From Ginkgo biloba (lineage: Eukaryota > Plantae > Ginkgophyta), in the NCBI GenBank assembly GCA_024626585.2, contig JANKJI020000002.1, forward strand, positions 263,685,052 to 263,702,002: a stretch of 16,951 nucleotides of DNA. The letters are read 5' to 3'. Each line of letters begins with the position of its first letter. Position 1 is the stretch's first letter. Positions 1 through 11,869 of this stretch are shown piece by piece. The notes beneath the pieces are model-generated. The model was not told where the DNA came from, did not search any database, and saw nothing but the letters and a program-made list of their open reading frames with translations. Position numbers and translations under genes: made by a program.

Positions 1-559
1 AAACTATACTTGTGTCACAAATAACTTCTTATGGTCTAGGTTGTTGAAATCCATCTCTAGCAAGAACAGATTTGGTTAAAGCTCATTACAGCCCATAAAA
101 TAATATTCTCCTCTAGTTGGTGTGCAATAAATATGTTATGTGGGGTGAAAGAGTGATTTTTGTTATTTTCATTCAATGAGAATTTATTTGTATCATGTCC
201 CCTTTTTAACTAAATTTTACAAAATTTTATATAATCAAAAGAAGACTTTCTTTTTGTAATATTTGAATTGAAAGAAAAAAATTTAGAAGAGGAAGAGATA
301 CTTTTATCATTAAACCTTTATTTAGGATGAAATTTACTCTTATTTTAAAATGAAGGGTGTAGTTATGGTATTTCTTATTCAACACCTATGACAAACTAAA
401 ATGCTTTGTCTACCTTCTTGATGGAAAAATACTTCATCTTTTTTCTCTTTTCTTTTTGTTTTTTGAAATGCTTCTTAAATTACCAAAATGATATAAAAAA
501 AAGTACAAATAAAAACCTCTACCTAAAGGACAAAAAAAATATCCTTAAGATAGATTGAG

Positions 560-1480
560 TTATGATATCACAATCGTAGGAATCCCTCCTAATGAGTGAG
601 CCTTTAGCTCTAATCTGAATTTAAAATTCAACCTTCAACAACTCCCAAAAAGAAACAATAGAAAATAGGACATTATTAAACACAACATTACAACAAACCC
701 TCTAGATGAGTATAAACATACTAGCCTAATATAATGATAAAATTCTCTAAAGTTGGGCAAAGAAATAAAATCATAATCATTGAGAAGAGCGTATTTCCAG
801 AAGAACTATATATATAAAATATTCTTTCAATTTGACCACACCATATTCCAATAGGTTCTAGCACATCTATAATTCTAAAAGATATGATAAATAGTCTTTG
901 GTTTCCCACAGTGAGGGTATAGGGAATCAGTGAAACCTAAATTTGTTAACCTAGCTTTGGAGGGTATCCCTTAATAGATCATAATCCAATTGAAAACTCT
1001 CATCTTAAAAGAAACTTTGTAATACCACACAATACTCAATATAGAAACCCACCTCTATTCCATATCATTAAGTCCCCATATTCTATTCAGAGTATAAAAA
1101 TTTGCATCTTTCCTATGAATAATATGATATAATTTATAACTATTAAACACCCATATTATTTTTCCATAACTCCATAACCATTCTCTTCAAATTGACCTTA
1201 GAGTAATGCTATTCAATATATTCATTTACTTAGTAGGAATAAACTTGTAAAGGTCCAAAATAACATTCCTATCTAAACCAATCAGGACTCTTTCTCTAGA
1301 GAGAAGGGACAAAAAATTCCAAGTACACTCTCTATCATCCCAAATATCATTCCAAATAAATAATCCTTTATTTCATAACCTCTTAGGAATAAATATGGCC
1401 ATATGACCAATAGAGATTTTGTTGAGTTCTCCTTATAATTTCATGATCTTAGGATATCCTATTCTAAAGTGAATTTGGTA
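560..1480 (-). mobile_element. Degenerate LINE (L1/Tx1-like) ORF2 3' fragment containing the zf-RVT region
   Basis: Manual minus-strand translation gives RL*NKGLFIWNDIWDD and later VSFKMRVFNWIMIY*GIPSKARLTNLGFTDSLYPHCGKPKTIYHIF*NYRCARTYWN. This matches the LINE C-terminal pattern KxxxFxW...RL...CxxC...ETxxHxxxxCxxAxxxW. Several stops; boundaries approximate. Confidence 0.75.
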
Positions 1481-2939
1481 AGCTTAGAAGTGGGTATCCT
1501 CTTGTTTATCTTGGTAGTTTGTTGGTTCATGTACTGATTTTATCATTGGTAAGTACAATGATTGCATCTGTTCATAGGAATGAGCAAGTATCTTGTACGG
1601 TGGCATGTATCTAGAAGTTCGAGATATATCAAGGACAAGTCCAGCTATGCAGTGAAAAGATAGTCTACATATTTGAAGGCCTTGGTCCCTTGAACAACTT
1701 GACTTTCCAGATATTTTGTTTTGGTTGTAGACAGATGATCCTATTGCATGGCAGAATCACTTACAACAAAATAGGTGGCAGAGGGCCCACCAACAACCCT
1801 CATACATAGACTGGATCAGCCAAACATGCAATTAACAAAACATTATGCATCAATATAAGTGAAAGAAATACTATAATCAATGAGGCACCTAGCATATTAA
1901 ACCAAAAACCAGGGAGTCCAAGCAGGGTTGATAGACTTATAAGGATTGGACTTGTCCCATCCACTTCCTCCTCCCCATCTTATTTGCAGGCTTCATTCCT
2001 GTNNNNNNNNNNNNNNNNNNNNNNNNNNNNNNNNNNNNNNNNNNNNNNNNNNNNNNNNNNNNNNNNNNNNNNNNNNNNNNNNNNNNNNNNNNNNNNNNNN
2101 NNTGCATAACTCATTCAGTCCTATGGTTATAGTATTGTGCAGCCTCTTATATCATGTTATCTTGTTACATAGGATTTATGTACATCTTTAACAATACATG
2201 ACCATATGTTATTGTACCATGGTTATACATGCATGTTATATATTTAGCCTTGCCTTTTTTATCTTTATACACATAGGCTCATGACCCATTATAATCCTAC
2301 ATCACTAGCTTACCTCTTATCATTAAGGACATGAGGCCTCTTTTATCATATAAATACTTCTTGAGGCTCAAGCCCAAGGGGCATGGGAAAGATTTGATCA
2401 TAACATCTTGTATCATTTCATGGTTCATATCATATCATCATGATTTATTAAATATTATTGAGAAGGCTTTGCTCATTTATGTCATTCGTCATATGGTAAA
2501 ATGATTTCATAGTAGAATTCCATATTATTGAGGCACTCATGGCATTCTTCTTATGCAGGAGAATTTTTTGTGAAGAAGAGAATGGATAAGGGCTAATATT
2601 TATCAAGGATGTTAATCCTTCATTGGTGAGATTATTTCCTTTATCCACCTTATCTCCATTATTAATCATTGTTATCTTTGCATTAATTATGTTTCAGTTA
2701 TGTATGATATACCTTCTCAATGCATCATTTCCTTATGTTAGTGCATTTATTTCCTTATGGAACATATACTTTGCTTATATCTCTTCCTACATATAATTTG
2801 TAGGNNNNNNNNNNNNNNNNNNNNNNNTAGGAGTTCACATTGACCCATCCAAGAATTCCATGTCCTTTTAAATGTTATGGGAATGCTATTATTCTCATTT
2901 ATAGTCATAAGATGTGTTATTTTGTCATATACATTCATC

Positions 2940-3771
2940 CATAAGGAAATTTTGGCAAAGATAAATGCTAATGTCATTCTTCCTGACCATGAACTTCAAT
3001 CGATGATTTTTCTTTATGACTATATCTTTTAGTAGTCACACAACCCCTAAAGAAGTGACCTCTAGTTATGGATTTAGTATTAAATCCTCGTATAATCAAA
3101 TTGCTAAAAGGATTACCACAATTCTTGGAGAAATCTAACTTTGCCAAAAGCAAGGTCCAAAGTTGTTTGAACCTATAAGGAGACAAGAAAATTAATAATA
3201 CCCAAGGTACTAGTACAACATGATCTCTTGCAAAAAATAAAATCACATCTCACCTTCTAAATAATAAAAAATATTTCCTCTCTTATAATAGTCTACAGTT
3301 CTCTTAACTAGTCCTTGTGTATACTAATGCCTCATATTATCTCTTTTAGACCCAACTTTATCATAAATAATTTTTTTAATGCAATATTATACAAGTAAAC
3401 TAATATTATTTTGCAAAATTATATAACCATACCAAATATGACAATGATTTGGATTGCCTATAATAATCATATTTCCAATCATTAGGCCTATATTTGTTTA
3501 TTTTTTCTTTAATGTTTACCTTTTTAGCATGCATTTCCAAAGAAAAAACTTATTTTTAGGTTCTAAACTACAATCCCACATATTCTCAAAATATTTTTTC
3601 CACGTTTTTGATGAAGAATTAAATTTCCATTTGTTTCAACCTTCTTTGAAATTCTTAGATTATGATTTAACATGAGGTAAATTTTTTAAACTTTAATTTG
3701 ACTTAATTTCTTACCATTTATTCGATGTTAATCATCCTATTAATAGTTAATATTAACATTTATTAAAAATT
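2940..3771 (-). mobile_element. Degenerate LINE ORF2 3' fragment (zf-RVT), copy 1 of a pair
   Basis: Minus strand reads MWDCSLEPKNKFFLW ... KYDYYRQSKSLSYLVWLYNFAK*Y* ... FII*KVRC, a decayed CCHC/zf-RVT region. Colinear with about 6300-7130 at an offset near 3360. Truncated by the gap at 3772. Confidence 0.75.
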
Positions 3772-4699
3772 NNNNNNNNNNNNNNNNNNNNNNNNNNNNN
3801 NNNNNNNNNNNNNNNNNNNNNNNNNNNNNNNNNNNNNNNNNNNNNNNNNNNNNNNNNNNNNNNNNNNNNNNTCTAAAATGCTAATAGAACTGTGTAACTT
3901 TTCATACAAGTTTGATATTTAGAGGGAATTTCAACTATGAAATATTATAGTTACAATTAGACTATATAAGATTGTCTTAAAACTTTGACATTTTTAAGCT
4001 TATATTGTAAAAATAAAAATGATGTTAAGTATTACTAGACATGTTGAGGTAGAATTGAACCTTTATGGTTGCTTCAAATAGGTGCTTTCTCCCCATGATT
4101 TTCAATACACTAGTTTAAAGTGTGCCAATGCCTTGAGCTGCTCTAAAATAGATTTTACTTAGAAATTGAGACAATACTTCTGCATAGTGATTTCCATTGT
4201 AATATAACTTTAAAATAGAATAACTATAACTATAATAAAAATATGAAAAACACACTCAATAACTCTTAATCACAAAATTTTAGACTTGTATTATGAAAAT
4301 AAAATGAACTACGTATGCAAGAAAAGAATTATCTTGTTTCACCAAAGAAATTACTTAAATAGAGTCTCAACCTCCAACTACTCCTAGAGTTAGATCAATA
4401 ATATAAGATAATAAAAGCATATTAACTAATAATGCAATCATAAATTAGTGTTAGCTCCAATATCTAAGTTAATCAAAGATTCTTTACTAATGGTGCAATC
4501 ACAAATTTGTTGTAGTATAATTATGAGTAGAATAATATCCAAATTCCATTTGTCAAGTAACTAATTCATCACTTGAGGGCGTTCATGTTTTAGTTGCAAT
4601 TTTAATGTTAATTTATAATGCCTTACTGCAATGTCTAATTCCTCGATAAATTCTTAACTACTTCTTTACCAAGTAGATCTAATTGAAGGTGTGATCTTA

Positions 4700-5343
4700 T
4701 AATACATGATGTGCACCCAACAAGCATGTTTATTTATAGATATATGTCTTATCTATCTTCCTTCGAGATTGAGCTTCTATTCTCTCTTTACACTTCAATT
4801 ATTGTTTCAGGGATCAACTATGACCTTCCTCCCTACAATACGTGAAAACACATGTATACCAAAGAAAATAACACAACACACCAATCAATCAATAATAAAG
4901 ACCAATTCAGGATATGGAGTAATAACTTTCCTTCAACTTAACGCATATACAAATTACACTCGGCTCTCCCCTTTAGGGGTTCTATCCATACATATTTATA
5001 GGCAAATGACTTTATAAAAACTAGGTAGGATAGACATATGATATGACATCCTAACCAGGGGGGTGCTAGCATATGGTTCTATAGAGGTCTAAGTTTGTGA
5101 GGAGGCTATGACCATAGGGAATCCATTAGAGAGTTTTTATTATTGGGTTTTCTCTTCCTAACTCATCTCTCTCTCTCTTACTTTATTAACTATGGGCTAA
5201 TAAACTCTCTTTCTTAATTAGTTATGGGTTAAATCTAGTTAATGTACGTGCAAAGTCATATTACTATTTGTTAGGATATTTAGACACGTAGGAGTTAGTT
5301 AAGATCAACTTGGTCTAATGTGTCTTTAGGTAAAGTGTGTTTC
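4700..5343 (-). mobile_element. Possible LTR-like non-coding fragment
   Basis: TATA-like CCTATAAATA on the minus strand at 4993-5002, a short CT run near 5166-5178 and no coding signal. No TG...CA termini or target-site duplication identified. Confidence 0.25.
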
Positions 5344-6296
5344 NNNNNNNNNNNNNNNNNNNNNNNNNNNNNNNNNNNNNNNNNNNNNNNNNNNNNNNNN
5401 NNNNNNNNNNNNNNNNNNNNNNNNNNNNNNNNNNNNNNNNNNNTTAACAATGTTTCAATCTCTTTAGGAATGTCTTCTACCTTTACAACTCATTTCTCTT
5501 AAAGATTTTAAAATATTTAAAGATTCAACAATTTTCTTAAAATATTTTCAAGAACTTATAGGATCTATACTCTTCCTTTCAATATTTATCACATTATTTC
5601 AATTTATCACACTTCTAAAGTAATCTTTAAATCCTATTATAATTTGACTAAGAAAACATGTTGATAATCAACACAATACCAAATAGTATATATTATACCA
5701 TTATTGACATATTTCTTAACAACTCTCACTGGATGATCATATCAAAATCTTTGGCATTTATTTATCTTATGAGTGTAAGTGTACTTTGGACAACATATAT
5801 TTGCAATTTCAATCAATATTTATATATCTTTATGTAAATTTGTATTCATACACCATTTATTTCAATGTAGATTCAATATTCTCCTCCTTCCTTACAACCT
5901 TTAAATGTATACTTAGAATCTATAAATCTTGTCATATTTATACATAATCTCTTCATTTCTTTTTATAATAACATTGTCACAAAAAACTAAAGAAAGAGTC
6001 TCAAACAATTGTTTTTGATCCTGAATCTATTCTTGAATGAAACTCTGTATTTTTTCCAATTTACTGAACATTTTTTCTACCTTTTCAGAGCGTTCCAGAA
6101 TCTTTGCCCACTGAGCTTTGTGGATATGGATCCACCTCCACTATAATAGGGTCCTTGAATTCAATATCATCTGATTCCATCAGGATACCATCTTCGTTCT
6201 TTATTTGAAGCACTTGGACATCCTGGGCATCCTTCTCTTGACCCTGCATATCAATGCTGTCATCTACAGCTACTGTCGCAACAACCTCATTAGAAT

Positions 6297-7502
6297 TTAG
6301 CCAGCCACAAGAACATTTGGGTGGAGAATAAGTTGTGGGTTTTCCCAACCATAAACTTCAATTAGTGAAAGATCTTTGAGGTTTTGCATCTTGGTAGTCA
6401 TAAGGCCTTTGTAAAACCAACGTATGACTCTTGCTTTAGAGCCAAAATCTCCTATGAGTAGATTACCAAAGGGGTTGCCATACTCTAAAAGCGTTTTGGC
6501 TTGGTCTAATGTCAAATCCATCCATTTTAGTATTTGTGCCTGTGTAGAAACATAAAATCTTCTAGTACCAATGGTACTAGTATAACATTGCCTTTTGGCA
6601 AAACACAACCTCACATCTTCCTTTCTAAATAATAAACAACATTTCTCCTCTTATCATAGTGTATAGTTCTTTCATCCAATCTTTCTTTACACCTCTTATG
6701 ATTTCTTTTAGTCCTAACTTCATTTTGAACAAGTTTTCCAATGTAGGAATACATATTGACCAACATCTTTTAGCAAAATCACAAAATCATACCAGATGAG
6801 ACAAGGATTTGGACTTCCCATAATAATCACATTTCTAATCATTAGGCCTATATTTATTTATTCTTTCTTTCATAATTACCTTTTTATAATGCATTGTTAT
6901 ATAAAAAACATCTTTTTAGGTTCTAAACTAGAATCCCACGTATTCTTAAAAGTGTTTGCACGTCTTTCTAATGACCAATTAAATTTCTCTTTATTTTCAA
7001 CCTTCTCTAAAATTCTTGGATTATGATTTAACATGAGGTAAATTTTTTAGACTTTAATTAGACTTGTTTTCTTACCATTTATCTATTGTTAGTTATCCTA
7101 CTAGTACTCGATATTAACATTTGTTAAAACTTATTTCATATGGTTTAATTCATTCACCAATCTTGAGTATATAATTTTTTAATTATTTTTTAGATTGAAT
7201 TCAATCTAAAACTATTGCCAATGCTTCTAATTCTTATGGGTATCATCACAAACATGTAAAAAAAATCTTATTATTTTTTTGTACCATCCCAAGGATGAAA
7301 ATCATCTATTATAAACAAGATAGTCTCCATGTTCCATCCCATTACATTATAGAGAATGAAAACAAGAAGAAGAATCATTCCTCTAATTATCCCTTCTAGG
7401 ATATAACAAATGGATTACTTATTTCCAACTTCTCCAAATAGATTAAAACATAAATAATTCCTTCACCTTATATTGATCTTTTCATAATATGTATTTGCAA
7501 AT
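6297..7502 (-). mobile_element. Degenerate LINE ORF2 3' fragment (zf-RVT), copy 2 of a pair
   Basis: Minus strand reads IWRSWK ... KKIYLMLNHNPRILEKV ... TWDSSLEPKKMFF ... KCDYYGKSKSLSHLV*FCDFAKRCWS ... FII*KGRC and continues (with a frameshift) into the ORF ending at 6297. Clear HLxxxCxFAxxxW motif. Confidence 0.8.
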
Positions 7503-8199
7503 NNNNNNNNNNNNNNNNNNNNNNNNNNNNNNNNNNNNNNNNNNNNNNNNNNNNNNNNNNNNNNNNNNNNNNNNNNNNNNNNNNNNNNNNNNNNNNNNNN
7601 NNGAGGCTATGTACAAAGTTAATGCAGAGATGAAGTTTTGAAGGTAGACCAATTCTATCGAAATTCTGGTGTTTTGTGTTCGTATGGATATTGAAGATAT
7701 TTTGATGTTCATGTTTTACAAAAACCATCTCAAGAAGGGATGAAATTTAATAAATCTAAGGAAAGACTCCTGGATTCCAAGAGTTACTCTTATAGATGTA
7801 TAACCATGATTAGACTATGTTGAGTTATGCCTTAAGTGTGAAACATATAAGAGGGTATGACATGCTATATATCCCATATAATATATATGATTCCATTTAA
7901 GAGGGGATGGTATTATGATTATAGATAATTATGATAATTATTTAGGGATAAGTGGTGACCCATACTTTTAAGCATAATTATAACAACACTCTAAAAAGTT
8001 ATGTTAAAGGCTAACTAGAGGTCGACTAAGGGTTATGCAAATGAGACTCATTTTAAGTAACGAAGGGCACTTGAGACTTATTTATAATATTAATTATGCA
8101 TTTGGAAAGTTTTATAGTGTTATGGCTTAGTTTTTACTTATGTGAATCTTTTATAAAATTTTGGACTCAAGCATCCTTGTGATCCTTTATATCGACCAT

Positions 8200-9000
8200 T
8201 CTAATATGTTGAATTCTTATTAAATGGTGTAGTGATTCATGAGTATGCCATTGTAGTTAGTGGAATTATTATATACATAATTATCATAAAATTATATATA
8301 ATCATATACATAGTCTAAGGGATATAACATAATGTAAGAAGTTAGTTATTGAAGGTTAAAATTTCATACGAAAACATTGAGGTGGTACAAGATTTTGAAA
8401 TGAATATTATTCCACCAAAATATAGTGCTTATAAGATTTGTTTGAGAAGACCATGGATCGATGATGTAAGAGGACTCGTTTGTTTAGAAAAAAGAAGATA
8501 AAAATGATATGGGGTCGAGTATGGTTTTATATACCACTAGATAAAATAAATAGATAATGGAGATAATCAAAGATGAGAAATGTGGTTTAGAGGAAGAGTT
8601 AGGGAAAGAACCGATGAAAGTGGAAAATAAGATTAAACATCTTTATAATTTTTTATCTAATGACATCTTTGCTCTTGAGGAGTATAGAGTCATTAACTTT
8701 AGAAATGTTACATCACATACAACCAACTCTAATGATATGACTATGGAGTGGCATAATGAGATGCATGAAATGCATTGCTATGACAACTACTGAATAGTAG
8801 CATAGACTCAAGAATAACATGCTATATACAAGGAAGACATTTAATGGAATAACTTGTCCTTAAGATCATAGATCAACTAGTTCAATAGAATTATTAAAGA
8901 TGTAGGTATTTAATTTAAAATAAATTTATTTAAATCCACTTTGAGAGAGCAAACTTAAAGGTGGTATAATATACATTTTGGTTACATACAAGTAGACATG
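8200..9000 (+). mobile_element. Ty3/Gypsy pol remnant: aspartic protease and protease-RT linker
   Basis: Plus strand reads VEFLLNGVVIHEYAIVVSG ... VVQDFEM ... AYKICLRRPWI, resembling AIVDxG ... YxILLGRPWL. An acidic linker follows (ORF 8557-8793), then IYLNPL*ESKLKGGIIYILVTYK*TW, resembling the pre-RT LLxxYKDxFAW segment. Confidence 0.6.
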
Positions 9001-10224
9001 GAAAAGATTAAGATTACCTTTACAATGAGATTTAACAAAACTAAAGCAATAACAATGGGTAAACAACATGATGGCAAAGAATAATGCTAAGAATTTTATC
9101 CAAACACATATGTAATGCTTATGAAATTGAATGTAGAATTATTAAGGACACTCAATGTTCAATCTTTATATGTGTTTCTTAGTATTGAAGAGAAATGATG
9201 CTAACACCATAACCTTGGGGCTTGCACCTAACATTTTCTTTTCAATTGCAAAGTTTTAAAAATTAGTTTCATATTATAAACTTAGGTGACCCNNNNNNNN
9301 NNTTTAATGTGGGACTGAACATATACACATACAACTAGAGTAGTGATTTTAACATCAAAGAGACAATGCCAAGAAACACACATAGACTTATCAACACTTA
9401 AATTTTACTAACACTCAATCCACAAATGCACATAGTCCATACAAAAATAGTACTCTAAGGTAGTATAGATAAAAAGTAGTAGTTTCAACACAAATACATA
9501 AAGCCAACTACTATAAAGGTCATTCTAAGAGAATCATATTGAAATAATAAAAGGAGTAAAATGTAAATCCCATGCTTACACCTCAAATAAAATATTGTGC
9601 TAAGAATCTTTCTAGAAATATTACAAAGGATAAAAAAAGTATGAAGGTTTGATTTAAGCATAAAGGTAGATGCTCATCAACATTGGGTCCTATGGTATTA
9701 TTAAAANNNNNNNNNNNNNNNNNNNNNNNNNNNNNNNNNNNNNNNNNNNNNNNNNNNNNNNNNNNNNNNNNNNNNNNNNNNNNNNNNNNNNNNNNNNNNN
9801 NNNNNNTATGGAGAAGAGATGGAAAAGTATATATCTCCTTAATGAAGTAAAAATATGAGATATTTATGTACACGATCTATTAGGAAGACTACAAGGCATA
9901 CCTTACAATTAGTATATATCTTTAGAAAGTAAGGAGTTTACTCTAAATTAGATAGACTCGAAGCAAAGATTTTATAGAATTTTTTAGTCATAAAGATAAG
10001 ATACCAGTGCATTAATCACTAAACAATGATTAGGGAATTTATATTCCTAAGCAAGATTAAGGAAAAGTATGGCTTTATGATAAGGATGGAAATTGGAGAA
10101 AGTGCTCAACACGAGAACTTAATTCTAATGGGTTTCTAAAACACTATATCAAAGAGTAAGTTGAAGATAAAATTGCCTAGAGGAGCTTGCTAAAGCTCCT
10201 AAGAATATTAACACCCTAATTAAC

Positions 10225-11110
10225 ATATGATCAAGGACTTTATTTAGGCATTTGTTTAAAATTTATTTGAATGATTGGTCATTTTTTGATGCATCAAAGT
10301 CNNNNNNNNNNNNNNNNNNNNNNNNNNNNNNNNNNNNNNNGTACCTCTATAAACTCAAAAAATTGCTAATTATTAACTCCTTTTAGGAAGTTGATTGGGT
10401 TCATTATATATAAGGAAGGTTTGATGGTAGAGTTAGTCGAAGTAAGAGTTATAATGGATCTGTAAGCACTTGCAACCTCATTCCATATAAAAAAGGTTTT
10501 GTAAAGTTTGATATTATAGGAAGCTTATAAAGGGTTATGTAAGGATAACTACTTTGTTCGAAAAGTTATTAATGAAGGATTAGCTATTTGTTGAATTAAA
10601 AGAGTGTTAAGCATCGTTTGAGTTGCTTAATACAAAGATCATTGAAGCATCAATCCATCAATTTCTTGATTAGAAAAAGAAGTTTCATGTGCATGTCCAC
10701 CCCTTTGCCATAATTATTAATGCTATTTTAGCTCAGCTAGGATATGCAACAATGATAATCCAATACACTTTGCAAGTAGGAAGCTTAGCAAAATTATACC
10801 ACAAGAGGGAGGGAAGCATTGGGCATGTGATATACCCTCCAAAAGTTAAAGTAATACTTGTTGAGGAACTCTTTCAAGTCTTATGTAGACAAATGAGCTT
10901 CGAAATATATAGTAAACAAGCCCATTCATTAAGGAAGGTTAAGTAGATGGGTTATACTTTTTCACAAATATAATTTTGAGATCTTTCTCAAGCCTAGGAA
11001 AGTATATCTTTCTCTCAATCATCTTTTAAGGTTTAATATAAGGAAGGTAACATGGAATTTCATGATGAGTTTCTAGATGTTAACCTATTCAAAGTCGAGG
11101 CAATAGATTT
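10225..11110 (+). mobile_element. Ty3/Gypsy pol remnant: RT C-terminal half and RNase H
   Basis: IYLNDW at 10261-10278 (decayed YLDD), SINSKNC, KLIGFII, YYRKLIKGY, KKFHVHV, PIHFASRKLS, NYTT, REALGM*YTLQK, YIVNKP, GRLSRWVILFHKYNFEIFLKP, in canonical order with many stops and frameshifts. Integrase not seen. Confidence 0.9.
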
Positions 11111-11629
11111 TGAAATAAGTTTGTAAACATTAAGAAACAAAACACATTTTTTCATCCATGTTTAATATGGTTTTAAATTAAAAAAGCAATATAGATAAGT
11201 CACAAAGTAGTATCAATATAGCCTTATAACTTCATCCATGCACAATAACAAACATTAAAAACCTTACCACCTATGATTGCAAATCTATGTTTTACAGAGC
11301 TTTCATTGGGAACTTCATACAACATTGACCCTATGACCTCTTTTCTTCCACTCCCATGCTTTACAATTAAACTTGCTTGTAGGTAACATATTAGCATGTT
11401 TTTTCATAGCAATTCAATCAAAACAAATTTTTAATATAAAAAATGATGACAATTATGTAGTCCAATTTTAAGTTGAAAATCTATGAACACATCCTAACAG
11501 CTATGAAATATCGAACCCACCGGAGTCTCCAATAGTTAGCTCTCCACATATTGGCCTAATTTCTAATTTCTAGAGTAATTAGCATGACAATTTTAAAACT
11601 GTTTTGGGAAAGCCATTTGTAGGGATGTT

Positions 11630-11869
11630 TTAATGGCCGACAGACGTCCTTAAACCCAAGTAAAACCCTTCTAAATCCCTTAATTTTCCCCTTCGTCTGT
11701 TCAACCTCTGTCTGCATTGTTCCAAGTCTTAACATACAAATCTTCCTTTCCCTAATTACAGTAGACTCGAGGAATGCTTTACACGAAAACTTGTTCTAGG
11801 GATTTTTGAGTATCAATGCTGAAGGCACATTACATCAGGTAAGCTTTGATTTGGGAGGAGAGGGTCGGA
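11630..11869 (+). promoter_or_regulatory. Putative proximal promoter / 5' UTR of the mS29-like gene
   Basis: Directly upstream of ATG 11870. Contains degenerate AAACCC/AAATCCC (telo-box-like, no exact AAACCCTA) motifs at 11651-11690, pyrimidine-rich tracts, and two short upstream ORFs (11774-11809, 11816-11842). Confidence 0.4.

Noticed and set aside
1500-2002. Possible plant-mobile-domain or other transposon-derived coding remnant
   Set aside because: Only vague similarity (e.g. YIDW), multiple stops and no ordered motif set.
5760-5900. Possible Ty1/Copia integrase remnant on the minus strand (GGEY, YTHKIN)
   Set aside because: Two short motifs in very AT-rich sequence; could be chance.
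6070-6210. Plus-strand acceptor TTTTTTCTACCTTTTCAG at 6088 as an exon start
   Set aside because: The frame examined stops after about 39 codons, I saw no convincing donor, and the coding-like signal is on the minus strand.
3454-7026. Similar hydrophobic plus-strand ORFs 3454-3675 and 6796-7026 as a paralogous membrane-peptide pair
   Set aside because: They are antisense shadows of the two LINE ORF2 copies.
11846-11869. TTG start giving an MIWEERVG extension
   Set aside because: Non-ATG start from a prokaryote-style ORF caller; the presequence-like sequence begins at ATG 11870.
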